From Pelagibacteraceae bacterium AG-414-M23 (lineage in GTDB: Bacteria > Pseudomonadota > Alphaproteobacteria > Pelagibacterales > Pelagibacteraceae): 64,000 bases of DNA. Position 1 is the first letter of the stretch. Each line of letters begins with the position of its first letter. This document shows, in pieces, positions 40,172 to 48,975 of the stretch. Position numbers and translations under genes: made by a program. The stretch spans positions 17,200 through 81,199 of the forward strand of contig QCLN01000002.1 in assembly GCA_003214525.1 (NCBI GenBank), given 5' to 3'. The notes under the pieces were generated by a model. It did not search any database. It was not told where the DNA came from and was given only the letters and a program-made list of their open reading frames with translations.

Positions 40172-40696
40172 ATGTCTGAAAAATTAATTGTTAGTTGGGA
40201 TGAATACAATAGAACTGTTGAAAAACTAGCAATCCAAATCGACGAAAGTGGTTATAAGCCAGATATATTAATTGGAATAATGAGAGGCGCAGCTCCAATG
40301 ATAGATGTGCTAAGTAGAATATTTAAATTAAAATGCGCATATCTTGCCGTTGAGTCTTATAGTGGCAAAGGAATAGAGGATGAACAAGGCAACATAGTTT
40401 TTTCTCGTGAAATGAGTTCTATAGCACCAAGTATGGGTGGTAGAATTTTATTATGCGATGATTTATCTGATACTGGTATTACATTTAATAAAAGCATTGA
40501 TTGGTTAAAACAATATGGGCCTATTAAAGGTAAAATTGATGAAATTAAAACAGCAACGCTCTGGAAAAAAAAAAAATCAACTTTTGAGCCAGATTTTTGT
40601 GCAGTCAAATTAGATGAAAATCCTTGGATAGTACAACCATTTGAGATTTACGAAGAAATAAGAATTGAAGATATAAAAAAGAAACACCAAAAATAA
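40172..40696 (+). CDS. Type I phosphoribosyltransferase (xanthine/guanine PRT-like)
   Basis: SW.E, GIMRG, LLCDDLSDTG.T PRPP loop, WIVQPFE. Confidence 0.78.
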   Translation: MSEKLIVSWDEYNRTVEKLAIQIDESGYKPDILIGIMRGAAPMIDVLSRIFKLKCAYLAVESYSGKGIEDEQGNIVFSREMSSIAPSMGGRILLCDDLSDTGITFNKSIDWLKQYGPIKGKIDEIKTATLWKKKKSTFEPDFCAVKLDENPWIVQPFEIYEEIRIEDIKKKHQK

Positions 40697-40720
40697 AAAA
40701 GGGCGACCCTAAAGTCGCCC
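40695..40720 (-). terminator. Rho-independent terminator of the minus-strand NCS2 gene (possibly bidirectional)
   Basis: GGGCGAC-cctaaa-GTCGCCC stem preceded by A6 on the + strand; lies between convergent genes. Confidence 0.8.
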
Positions 40721-40742
40721 CAATTTAAAAATCTTAACCTAT

Positions 40743-42032
40743 CTAAGCTACAGCAAAACTAACTACACTTAGTACAGCTATTACCCATATTGCTGGACTA
40801 GTCTCGTTAAATTTTCCAGTACAAATTTTAATTGCAGCATATGAAACAAATGCCAAAGCTATTCCGTTTGAAATAGAATAGGTAAATGGCATAGCAATCA
40901 TAGCAAGAACTGCAGGACCCGCTTCAGCAGCATCATCCCAGCTAATGTCTGTAATGTTTCTTACAAACAGAGTTGCAATATAAATTAAAGCAGCAGCATC
41001 AACTTCTTTAGGAAGAGATGTTGCAAGTGGACTAAAGAACAAACATAATAAGAAAAGAACTCCAATAGTAAGTGAAGTCATTCCTGTTCTTCCCCCAGCT
41101 TTTACTCCAGCGGCACTTTCAACATAAGTAGTTACAGTAGATGTTCCTAAAATTGAACCTGCTACAGTAGATACACTGTCTGAAAGCATCATTTTATCAA
41201 TGTCCTTAATTTTTCCATCAGGACCAACTTTTCCAGCTACGTTTGCAACACTAGTTAATGTTCCAGCAGTATCAAAAAAGTCGATAAAGAATAATGTAAA
41301 AATTACAGTTACCATTGATGCACTTAGCGCAGCACCTAAATCAAAAGTCATTAGATGTGTCATTGGTGGTGGAGCAGACATAACTCCATTGAATTGTCCA
41401 AGTCCAGTGATCCAAGCAATCGCACTAAACACTAATATTCCAATAATTATATTTCCTTTGATGTTCATTTTTTCCATTACAATCATCGAAACAAACGCAG
41501 CAGCACCTAGTAAAGTTAAAGGATTAGACAAGTCACCCATCTGAACAAGTGTTACTGGGTTATCTGTAGTTAATCCCATAAGTTCAAATCCAATTATCGC
41601 TAAGAAAAGACCAATACCTGCTCCAATTCCAAGTTTTAAACTTTTTGGAATTGAATTTATTAACCAAGCTCTTATTGGCGTTAATGAAATTATTAAGAAG
41701 ACTACACCCGCAACTAAAACAGCTCCCAGTGCTTCTGCTGGCGTATATTTCATACCTAAACAAACACCATAAGCGATAAATGCATTTATCCCCATTCCTG
41801 GCGCAAGTCCAACGGGCCAAGTTTTAGCGTAAAATGCAGCAATAAAACATGCTAATGCAGTTGCAAGAGCAGTCGCTGTAAAAACACCACCAAAATCAAA
41901 CCCACCGTCGGCAAGTATAACAGGATTTAAAAACATTATGTAAGCCATTGTTAGGAAGGTCGACACTCCCGCAATGACTTCTGTTTTAAAATCTGTCTTA
42001 TGTTTTTTATAGTTAAAGTAGTTATCTAACAT
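40743..42032 (-). CDS. NCS2/AzgA-like purine permease (adenine/guanine/hypoxanthine type)
   Basis: TEVIAG.STFLTMAYI..NP, LAPGMG, GIGLF, FFDTAGTL, TTYVES.AG..AGGRTG, PFTYSI..G. Confidence 0.9.
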   Translation of the reverse strand: MLDNYFNYKKHKTDFKTEVIAGVSTFLTMAYIMFLNPVILADGGFDFGGVFTATALATALACFIAAFYAKTWPVGLAPGMGINAFIAYGVCLGMKYTPAEALGAVLVAGVVFLIISLTPIRAWLINSIPKSLKLGIGAGIGLFLAIIGFELMGLTTDNPVTLVQMGDLSNPLTLLGAAAFVSMIVMEKMNIKGNIIIGILVFSAIAWITGLGQFNGVMSAPPPMTHLMTFDLGAALSASMVTVIFTLFFIDFFDTAGTLTSVANVAGKVGPDGKIKDIDKMMLSDSVSTVAGSILGTSTVTTYVESAAGVKAGGRTGMTSLTIGVLFLLCLFFSPLATSLPKEVDAAALIYIATLFVRNITDISWDDAAEAGPAVLAMIAMPFTYSISNGIALAFVSYAAIKICTGKFNETSPAIWVIAVLSVVSFAVA

Positions 42033-42178
42033 TAGACCTCCATTTTCTCGTACAATATTTGATTCGACTTAAAAAATCTTATGTAAGAAATTGAAAATGC
42101 TTGATTTTGTGATTAATTAGAGATTATTTACAACTTCAAGGTTAATCTTTTGACACAATTCACTGTTATAATTTTATT

Positions 42179-42481
42179 ATGAAATTTAGATTCGTTATAA
42201 TTTTATTATCGGTTTTATTACTTTCATCTGGATGCCAAACAATAAAACAAAAATCCGATGATGTAGTTGCAAAGGAGAATGAAAAATTTGGAATGTTTGT
42301 AGGAAAACCAGTTAGTGATCTTAGAATGGAAATTGGGGCACCATCCTCAGATTACATAAGTGAAAATGGAAATGAAATTTTAGTTTATAAAACTAAAAAA
42401 TATGGAATTCCATGTGAGAGAAAATTTGAAATAAATTCAAGTGGAACTGTTGTAAAATTCTCCTCAAGCGGATGCATTTAA
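42179..42481 (+). CDS. Small hypothetical lipoprotein
   Basis: Signal peptide with lipobox LSSGC; VG.....L...G.P pattern; two further Cys. Confidence 0.7.
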   Translation: MKFRFVIILLSVLLLSSGCQTIKQKSDDVVAKENEKFGMFVGKPVSDLRMEIGAPSSDYISENGNEILVYKTKKYGIPCERKFEINSSGTVVKFSSSGCI

Positions 42482-42609
42482 TTAATTAAGATTATTCATT
42501 TTGAGTTAAATTCTGCTAATAAATGAAGCAATATTAAACAAAGCATTATTTTGTTTTACATTCGCAGATAATAAATATAACCTTTTTCAATAAATTTAGA
42601 GGAGGATAT

Positions 42610-43929
42610 ATGGCGAAGAAAAAAACTTCGAGTTCAGGGGCTACTAATAAAAAATTGCCACTGAATCAGTCAATACCTTTAGGAATACAGCACGTGTTCG
42701 CAATGTTTGCTGGAAATATAACGGTACCACTGATTGTTGCCGGTGTTTTTGGGGTAACGACTGGAGAAAAGATTTTTTTAATTCAAATGGCATTGTTTGC
42801 TGCAGGAGTAGCAACAATAATACAAACGGTAGGTTATAAAGATATAGGTTCAAGGCTACCAATAATACAAGGAACAAGTTTTGCCTTCATTCCAATAATG
42901 CTACCTTTCAAAGCTTTTGGTTTAGGAGCAATATTCACAGCTGCATTTATAGGAGGAATTTTTCAAATATGGATTGGAAAAATGTTAAAACCAATTCGTC
43001 ATATGTTTCCTCCATTAGTTACAGGAATAGTTGTTTTAATGATTGGAATTAGTTTGCTTAAAGTTGGATTTAAATATGCTGGCGGCGGAGTGTGGTTAAT
43101 GAATAACAAACCGGAAATTTTTGCCAATTGGCATCATTTAACTATAGCTGGAACTGTTTTAATAGTTGCGCTTTTAACAAACTTAAAAGGAAAAGGAATG
43201 GTATCTGCAGCTTCAATTCTAATTGGAATAGTTGCAGGGTTTATAGTTGCAGCTCTATTTGGAGAAGTCAGATGGGCAAAAATTGCTGCTGCTGACTGGT
43301 TTGCTTTCCCAATGCCTTTACAATATGGAATAGACTTTGTTTGGGGAGCTGTAATATTAATGTTATTTATGTCTATAGTAACAACAATTGAAACTATAGG
43401 AGACATTAGTGCTACAACAATGGGTGGAGCAAATAGAGAAGCTACTAACAAAGAGCTTTCAGGTGGTATAATGGCTGATGGAGTTGGAACAGCTTTTGCA
43501 TCAATCTTTAATGCTATGCCAAATACTTCTTATTCACAAAATGCAGGTTTAGTTGCATTCACTGGGGTAATTAGTAGACATGTTGGTACAGTTGCTGGTG
43601 TTATTTTAATTTTATTAGGTTTGTTTCCAAAACTTGGTGGAGTTATTGCTGCGATGCCAGATTCAGTAATTGGCGGTGCCGCTATTATCATGTTTGGATT
43701 AATTGCTGGAGCAGGAATAAAACTAATTTCCAAAGCTGAAATGAGCCAAAGAAATATTTTAATATTGTCTTTATCTCTTTCTTTTGGAATTGGATTATAT
43801 GCATTTCCAGAGTTTGTCGCTCATGTACCAGATCTTGGAATTAAATTAGGATTGCTATTAACAACTGGTTTAATACCTGCTGGACTATTGGCATTTATAT
43901 TAAATGCTACATTGCCTAATAAAAAATAA
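42610..43929 (+). CDS. NCS2/NAT xanthine-uric acid type permease
   Basis: GIQH, G.SFAF, ETIGD, NAT signature SYSQNAGLV..TGV.SR, LF.PK; strong GGAGG Shine-Dalgarno. Confidence 0.9.
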   Translation: MAKKKTSSSGATNKKLPLNQSIPLGIQHVFAMFAGNITVPLIVAGVFGVTTGEKIFLIQMALFAAGVATIIQTVGYKDIGSRLPIIQGTSFAFIPIMLPFKAFGLGAIFTAAFIGGIFQIWIGKMLKPIRHMFPPLVTGIVVLMIGISLLKVGFKYAGGGVWLMNNKPEIFANWHHLTIAGTVLIVALLTNLKGKGMVSAASILIGIVAGFIVAALFGEVRWAKIAAADWFAFPMPLQYGIDFVWGAVILMLFMSIVTTIETIGDISATTMGGANREATNKELSGGIMADGVGTAFASIFNAMPNTSYSQNAGLVAFTGVISRHVGTVAGVILILLGLFPKLGGVIAAMPDSVIGGAAIIMFGLIAGAGIKLISKAEMSQRNILILSLSLSFGIGLYAFPEFVAHVPDLGIKLGLLLTTGLIPAGLLAFILNATLPNKK

Positions 43930-43937
43930 ATTATTTT

Positions 43938-43965
43938 AAAACTTGTGGGGAGAAATCCCCACAAG
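43938..43965. terminator. Intrinsic terminator between the convergent permease and hsp20 genes
   Basis: CTTGTGGGGA-gaaa-TCCCCACAAG perfect 10-bp stem; a T run follows on the minus strand. Confidence 0.8.
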
Positions 43966-43978
43966 CAAGGTTTAGAAC

Positions 43979-44425
43979 TTATTTAATTTCAATAAGTTTT
44001 TTCTTTTTGTACTCTGGCACAATTTTTTCACAAGCTATTGTCAGAAGACCATCCTTAAGCTCTGCACCACCTACTTTTACATCATCTGCAATTGTAAATG
44101 ATTTAGCAAATTGTCTTTGAGAAATACCCTTATGAAGAATTTTACCATCTTCATTTTTATCTTCAGATTTATTAACTTGTTTTGTTCTTATAGTTAATAA
44201 ATTGTCTTCAAACTCAACTTCAACATCTTTTTTATTAAAACCAGCAAGAGCAACCTCTATTGAGTAGTTGTCTTTTCCAGTTTTTCTTATGTTGTAAGGT
44301 GGATAGTTTGATTGCATGCTCAAACCTCCATTTCCTAACATACTTTCGAATTGGTCAAACATATCGTCAAAACCAACTGAAAAAGGTCTTAATGAGTTGA
44401 ATATAGATAGATCCTTACTTGTCAT
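43979..44425 (-). CDS. ibpA: Small heat shock protein Hsp20 (IbpA-like)
   Basis: SVGFD, NYPPYNI, IEVALAGF, LHKGIS.R.F...F, A.L.DGLL.I, IEI. AGGAGG Shine-Dalgarno before ATG 44425. Confidence 0.92.
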   Translation of the reverse strand: MTSKDLSIFNSLRPFSVGFDDMFDQFESMLGNGGLSMQSNYPPYNIRKTGKDNYSIEVALAGFNKKDVEVEFEDNLLTIRTKQVNKSEDKNEDGKILHKGISQRQFAKSFTIADDVKVGGAELKDGLLTIACEKIVPEYKKKKLIEIK

Positions 44426-44480
44426 TATATCCTCCTTTGTTAGCAAGGTTATTTTTTGCAAGTCCCATTAGGCGACTTAC
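44426..44480 (-). promoter_or_regulatory. ROSE-like RNA thermometer in the hsp20 5' UTR
   Basis: The minus-strand leader has a 5' hairpin AAGUC..GACUU, then CCUUGCU-aacaa-AGGAGG, i.e. U(U/C)GCU positioned against the Shine-Dalgarno. Confidence 0.55.
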
Positions 44481-44487
44481 TAAATTT

Positions 44488-44515
44488 ATATGGGGATTAA
44501 TTTTATATTTTCAAG
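44488..44515 (-). promoter_or_regulatory. sigma32 (RpoH) promoter of hsp20
   Basis: CTTGAAA-N13-CCCCATAT, matching the canonical sigma32 consensus. Confidence 0.85.
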
Positions 44516-46589
44516 AAATTTGATTTGAAATTTTTAATGCAAATGCATAGTCGAGAGCAATTTCTTCTATTGCACCATCTCTTCCAGATTTTCCTCCGTG
44601 ACCAGCATTCATTTCAGTTTTCAATAATAATAAATTATTATCAGTTTTATAATCTCTCAATTTTGCAGTAAATTTTGTTGGCTCATCAAATAAAACTCTA
44701 TTGTCACTTAAACTAGTTGTGATTAAAATATTGGGGTAATCCATTTTTTTAATATTGTGATAAGGAGCATAGGAATAAATATAATCAAAATGTTCTTTAT
44801 TATCTTTTGCATTTCCAAACTCATCAAATTCACCAACAGTCAATGGCAAAGAATGATCAAGATTGGTAGTAAGCGAATCCACAAATGGTACTGCCATAAT
44901 TATTCCTAAAAACAATTCAGGTGCTTGATTAACTACTGCTCCCATCAATAATCCTCCCGCAGAACCGCCCATCCCAATTATTTTTCCTTTAGAAGTGTAT
45001 TTTTTTTCAATTAAATATTTAGCAACAGCAATATAGTCTTCAAAGGTATTTTTTTTGTTTAAAAGTTTTCCTTCTTTCCACCACTTCATTCCTCTTTCCA
45101 TTCCACCTCTTATATGTGCAGTTACCCAGATTATATCTCTGTCAATTAAACTTAATCTTGTTGATGAAAAAGCAGGAGACATTGAGCTTCCATATGAACC
45201 ATAACCATATAAAAGTAGATTTGCATTACCATCTATCTTTGTTTTTTTATGTCTCGTAATTGTTATTGGAACTAATCTTCCATCATGCGAAGGGCATTCT
45301 AATCTTTCAACAATATAATCATCTGGATTATGGCCTGAGGGTATTTCTTGTTCTTTAACAAGTTTTTTATCATTAGTTTTTAAATTATATAAATATGCTT
45401 TACCTGGGGTTTTTGGAGAAGAATATGAAAGATAAACCTCATCTGTATTTTTATCTCTTTGCTTTAATGATATTCCAGGAACAATTACCTTTTCATTAAC
45501 AAAGTTTAAATCGTTTTCTTCATGAGTTTTAGGATTTCTTATAATTAATTTACTTAAAGCATTTGAAGTTTCAGATCTAATAATCCAATCTTTTAAAAAT
45601 ACTAGTCCACCTATTAATACTTCATCTTTAGGTGGAATAAATACTTTCCAGCTTTGATTAGATAGATCATCACAAAAATCTATTTTAAAGTCCTCAGCAT
45701 TTTCATTGGTATGTAAATAAAATTTTTCCTCCCAAGAATTAACTGAATAAATTATTCCTTTCTTTCTTTTTTTAATAAGTTTCGGTTTTGGGTTTTCTTC
45801 ATTAATTTCAAAGTAATATTGTTCGGAAGTATTATGATCTGATGTTGATATAAAATAATATTTTTCATCTGAACTTAGACCTATACCAACTGTAAAAGCT
45901 TCACTTTTTTCTTCAAAAATTAACTGATCATCTTTAACAGATGTTCCTAATTTATGTCTAAAGATCTTTCTAGGTCTATGATGTTCGTCTAGTTTTGAGT
46001 AATAAATAAATTTATCATCTAAACTAAAAGTAATGCCGCCACTTGTTTCTTCAATTTTTTCTGTGATAAGTTCATTAGATTTAATATCACGAATATAAAT
46101 TGTATAATATTCCGATCCCTTTAAATCTAAAGAATAACCTAGATATTTATCATTAAAACTTACCTCTAAATCTCCAACTCCAAAATATTCAGTTTTTAAC
46201 TTTTCTTTTTCTTTGTCACCATTCCAAATTTCCTCTACCTTATCCGAACCAATTTTTTTTCTAAGTTTAATAGAATAATTTCCTTTAGCTGTGGTTTTTG
46301 TCCAATATTCATAATCTTTATCTTTATAAGGTAAAGACTCATCATCTAATTTTATTCTCCCTTTAATCTCATCAAATAATTTTTTTTGAATAGCTTTAGT
46401 ATCTTTTAAATGGTGTTCTGTGAAGGCATTCTCTTCTTCAAGATATTTTCTAACATCTGGCAAAAGTTTTGAGCTTTCTTTTAAAACTTCCAAAATATTG
46501 CTTTGATGTACCCAGCTATAGTTATCTTCCCATGTTACATTGTGACAAGATTTTAATTCGGGTTTCTTAGTTAATTGTGGTATTTTCAT
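44511..46589 (-). CDS. ptrB: Oligopeptidase B (S9A)
   Basis: D.Y.W, LLYGYGSYG, HIRGG, GGSAGG nucleophile, D.RV, AGH.G.SGR. Confidence 0.92.
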   Translation of the reverse strand: MKIPQLTKKPELKSCHNVTWEDNYSWVHQSNILEVLKESSKLLPDVRKYLEEENAFTEHHLKDTKAIQKKLFDEIKGRIKLDDESLPYKDKDYEYWTKTTAKGNYSIKLRKKIGSDKVEEIWNGDKEKEKLKTEYFGVGDLEVSFNDKYLGYSLDLKGSEYYTIYIRDIKSNELITEKIEETSGGITFSLDDKFIYYSKLDEHHRPRKIFRHKLGTSVKDDQLIFEEKSEAFTVGIGLSSDEKYYFISTSDHNTSEQYYFEINEENPKPKLIKKRKKGIIYSVNSWEEKFYLHTNENAEDFKIDFCDDLSNQSWKVFIPPKDEVLIGGLVFLKDWIIRSETSNALSKLIIRNPKTHEENDLNFVNEKVIVPGISLKQRDKNTDEVYLSYSSPKTPGKAYLYNLKTNDKKLVKEQEIPSGHNPDDYIVERLECPSHDGRLVPITITRHKKTKIDGNANLLLYGYGSYGSSMSPAFSSTRLSLIDRDIIWVTAHIRGGMERGMKWWKEGKLLNKKNTFEDYIAVAKYLIEKKYTSKGKIIGMGGSAGGLLMGAVVNQAPELFLGIIMAVPFVDSLTTNLDHSLPLTVGEFDEFGNAKDNKEHFDYIYSYAPYHNIKKMDYPNILITTSLSDNRVLFDEPTKFTAKLRDYKTDNNLLLLKTEMNAGHGGKSGRDGAIEEIALDYAFALKISNQIS

Positions 46590-46594
46590 TATTG

Positions 46595-47101
46595 ATGAAT
46601 TTTATTATTTTTACTTTAATTGCATTTGTAGTTATTTATTTATTATTAAGGCTTATTGCAAGAGCGTCATCAAAAAAGATATCCAAGTTATTTAGAATAT
46701 TAATTTTCTTAGGATCATTACTTCTAGCTATTTTATTAGCTTTTGGAGGAAGGTTTTTATTTTCTTTGCCGCTAATTTTATTAAGTCTTGGAATAATTAA
46801 ATTAAAAGGTTTAACTCTTTATCAGATAATTGGATTGTTTAGACTTTTGCAATATTTAAGATCATCAAATAGGTTTTCATTTAAGCAAAGCTCAACAAGC
46901 ATGAATAGCTCCACTTTAAGTATCGATGAAGCTTATAAAATATTAAATTTAGATAGGAGTAAAAAGATTACAGAAGAGGACGTAAAAAAAGCTCATGCAA
47001 AAATTCAAAAAAAAATCCATCCAGATGTATCCCCAGAAACAACAAGATTGTCTAGTTTAGTAAATGAGGCAAAAGAAATTGTTTTAAAAGATATTACTTA
47101 A
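46595..47101 (+). CDS. Membrane-anchored protein with C-terminal J-domain
   Basis: Hydrophobic N-terminus; C-terminal EAYKILNL...VKKAH..IQKKIHPD...VNEAK. Confidence 0.75.
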   Translation: MNFIIFTLIAFVVIYLLLRLIARASSKKISKLFRILIFLGSLLLAILLAFGGRFLFSLPLILLSLGIIKLKGLTLYQIIGLFRLLQYLRSSNRFSFKQSSTSMNSSTLSIDEAYKILNLDRSKKITEEDVKKAHAKIQKKIHPDVSPETTRLSSLVNEAKEIVLKDIT

Positions 47102-48053
47102 CTATTTCGACAAATTTATTAAAAATTTTTTTTGAATTTATTTTATTTTTACCAAGAGTATTGTGAGTTACATTTTTTTCTCCATCCGGCAGAATAGCAT
47201 GCATATATTTATTGTAGCTTCCATACATCAATGGTGTGTCTGCCATTAATACAATTGTTTTAATTCCTAGTGCGGCAGATAAATGACTAAAACTTGAGTC
47301 ATTGCAAATGGCAATATCGCAATTACTTATTACTGGTAATATTTTTTTTATTGGTAAATTATCTAATTTATAACATTTTTTTTTATATTTTGATTTTAAA
47401 ATCTCTTTTAAAATTTTTTGCTCTTCAGCGTTTTTACCTGTGGCTAAAAAAAATCTCGATTTGTATTTTTTTAATACAAGATCCATAAATTCAATAAATT
47501 TTTTTGCGGGCACTCTTTTTGTTGGTCCCGATCCACCAATGCCTAATAGAATATTTTTTTCATTAGATTTAATTTTTAATCTTTTTTTAGCTGCTATAAT
47601 TTGTTTTTTTTCAATATTTATTCTTGGATTTGGTTTAACTTTTATTTTTAATTCTTTTTTTATAAATTTTTGTGCAGTTTTAATTATATGTTGATTTTTT
47701 TTATTAAAAATAGGGTATTGATAGATATTTTTAATACCTGCAACCTTAGCAATTAAATTAAACCTGGCCGATGAATTAAAAATAAAAATACTATCAAATT
47801 TATATTTTCTTATTTTCTTTGCTAATTTAAAAAAACCAATTATTCCATCATGATCCAAGTTTTTATTATTTCTTAAAAGAGGAATAATTTTGTCTATATA
47901 TTTTGTCTTTTGCAAATATTCATTAGCCTTAGAACTTTCTTTAACTAGCAAACTAACAGGTGATTTAAATTTTCTTGATATAGCCTCCAAGAATGGTAAA
48001 AAAATTACCATGTCTCCAATTCCCATTCTATTTTGAACTGCTAAAATTTTCAT
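47094..48053 (-). CDS. Glycosyltransferase family 9 (LPS heptosyltransferase-like)
   Basis: GIGDMV, G.G.....KR, CNDSSFSHLSAALG. Confidence 0.8.
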   Translation of the reverse strand: MKILAVQNRMGIGDMVIFLPFLEAISRKFKSPVSLLVKESSKANEYLQKTKYIDKIIPLLRNNKNLDHDGIIGFFKLAKKIRKYKFDSIFIFNSSARFNLIAKVAGIKNIYQYPIFNKKNQHIIKTAQKFIKKELKIKVKPNPRINIEKKQIIAAKKRLKIKSNEKNILLGIGGSGPTKRVPAKKFIEFMDLVLKKYKSRFFLATGKNAEEQKILKEILKSKYKKKCYKLDNLPIKKILPVISNCDIAICNDSSFSHLSAALGIKTIVLMADTPLMYGSYNKYMHAILPDGEKNVTHNTLGKNKINSKKIFNKFVEIVK

Positions 48054-48102
48054 TTTGTTTTTATAATCTTTACTAAAGATAATTTTAATATAAATTTTAT
48101 TT

Positions 48103-48969
48103 ATGAGTAAAATTAATGGTATTTATGCGGCGGGACTATCCGTATTAGATGAAAATCTGGCTTTAGATGTAAAAAAAACAATCAAACATGCTGAAAATCT
48201 AATAGATAATGGTTGTCATGGGGTAGCTATTTTTGGGAGCACAGGCCAAGCACAACTATTATCAGTTTCTGAGAAGATAAGTCTTTTAAATGAATTATCC
48301 AAAAATAAATACAAAGATAACTATTTGATTGGAACTGGTCTAAACTCATTAAATGAAACTATAAATTTAATTTCAATTTCTAAATCATTGGGATTTAAAA
48401 ATTTTTTAATTATGCCGCCAGCATATTACAAGTATGGAGATGATGAGGTTTTTAATTTTTATTCAAGAATAATTAATAGCCACCCTGAAATTCAAATAGT
48501 TCTATACAATTTTGAAAAACTTTGTGGTTATAAGTTTAGTTCAGACTGTGTAAAGAAGCTTGTTAAAAAATTTCCATCACAAATTGTTGGAGTTAAAGAT
48601 AGCTCTTATAATTTATTTGAAACTTTAAAAATTGATAACTTTTCTATGTTACCTGGATCAGAGTCTAAATTGTTAAAAGGTTTAAAGCTAGGATGTTCTG
48701 GAATTATAACAGCAACCTGCAATGTAACTGGTGGGCTTGCAAGAAAGGTTTATGATGATTTTAAAAATAAACAAGAGCAAACACAAGATGAAAAACTTTG
48801 TAAAGTTAGAGAAGTTTTTGAACAATACAATTTAGTTTCTGCGCTTCATTCTTTAATTGGTACAAAAGAAAGCATTTATAATAATATTTTGCCACCTTTG
48901 AGCATTTTAAATGAAGAAAAAAAACAAAAACTAATTCTTGAATTAAAATCATTAGATTTTACACTTTAA
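48103..48969 (+). CDS. DapA/NAL-family Schiff-base lyase of unknown substrate
   Basis: GSTGQ, PP.YY, LYNF, GVKDSS (Schiff-base Lys), G.I.A..N. Confidence 0.8.
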   Translation: MSKINGIYAAGLSVLDENLALDVKKTIKHAENLIDNGCHGVAIFGSTGQAQLLSVSEKISLLNELSKNKYKDNYLIGTGLNSLNETINLISISKSLGFKNFLIMPPAYYKYGDDEVFNFYSRIINSHPEIQIVLYNFEKLCGYKFSSDCVKKLVKKFPSQIVGVKDSSYNLFETLKIDNFSMLPGSESKLLKGLKLGCSGIITATCNVTGGLARKVYDDFKNKQEQTQDEKLCKVREVFEQYNLVSALHSLIGTKESIYNNILPPLSILNEEKKQKLILELKSLDFTL

Positions 48970-48975
48970 AAGATT

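Noticed and set aside
42150-42172. TTGACA and TATAAT hexamers upstream of the lipoprotein gene
   Set aside because: The spacer is only 11 nt, which is incompatible with a single sigma70 promoter.
42033-42609. Purine or xanthine riboswitch upstream of the NCS2 permeases
   Set aside because: The spacers are AT-rich with no stems or conserved aptamer nucleotides that I could recognise. An Infernal/Rfam scan would be decisive.
31439-43929. Purine cluster as a mobile element
   Set aside because: I saw no integrase, transposase, tRNA or flanking direct repeats, and the composition looks like the rest of the window.
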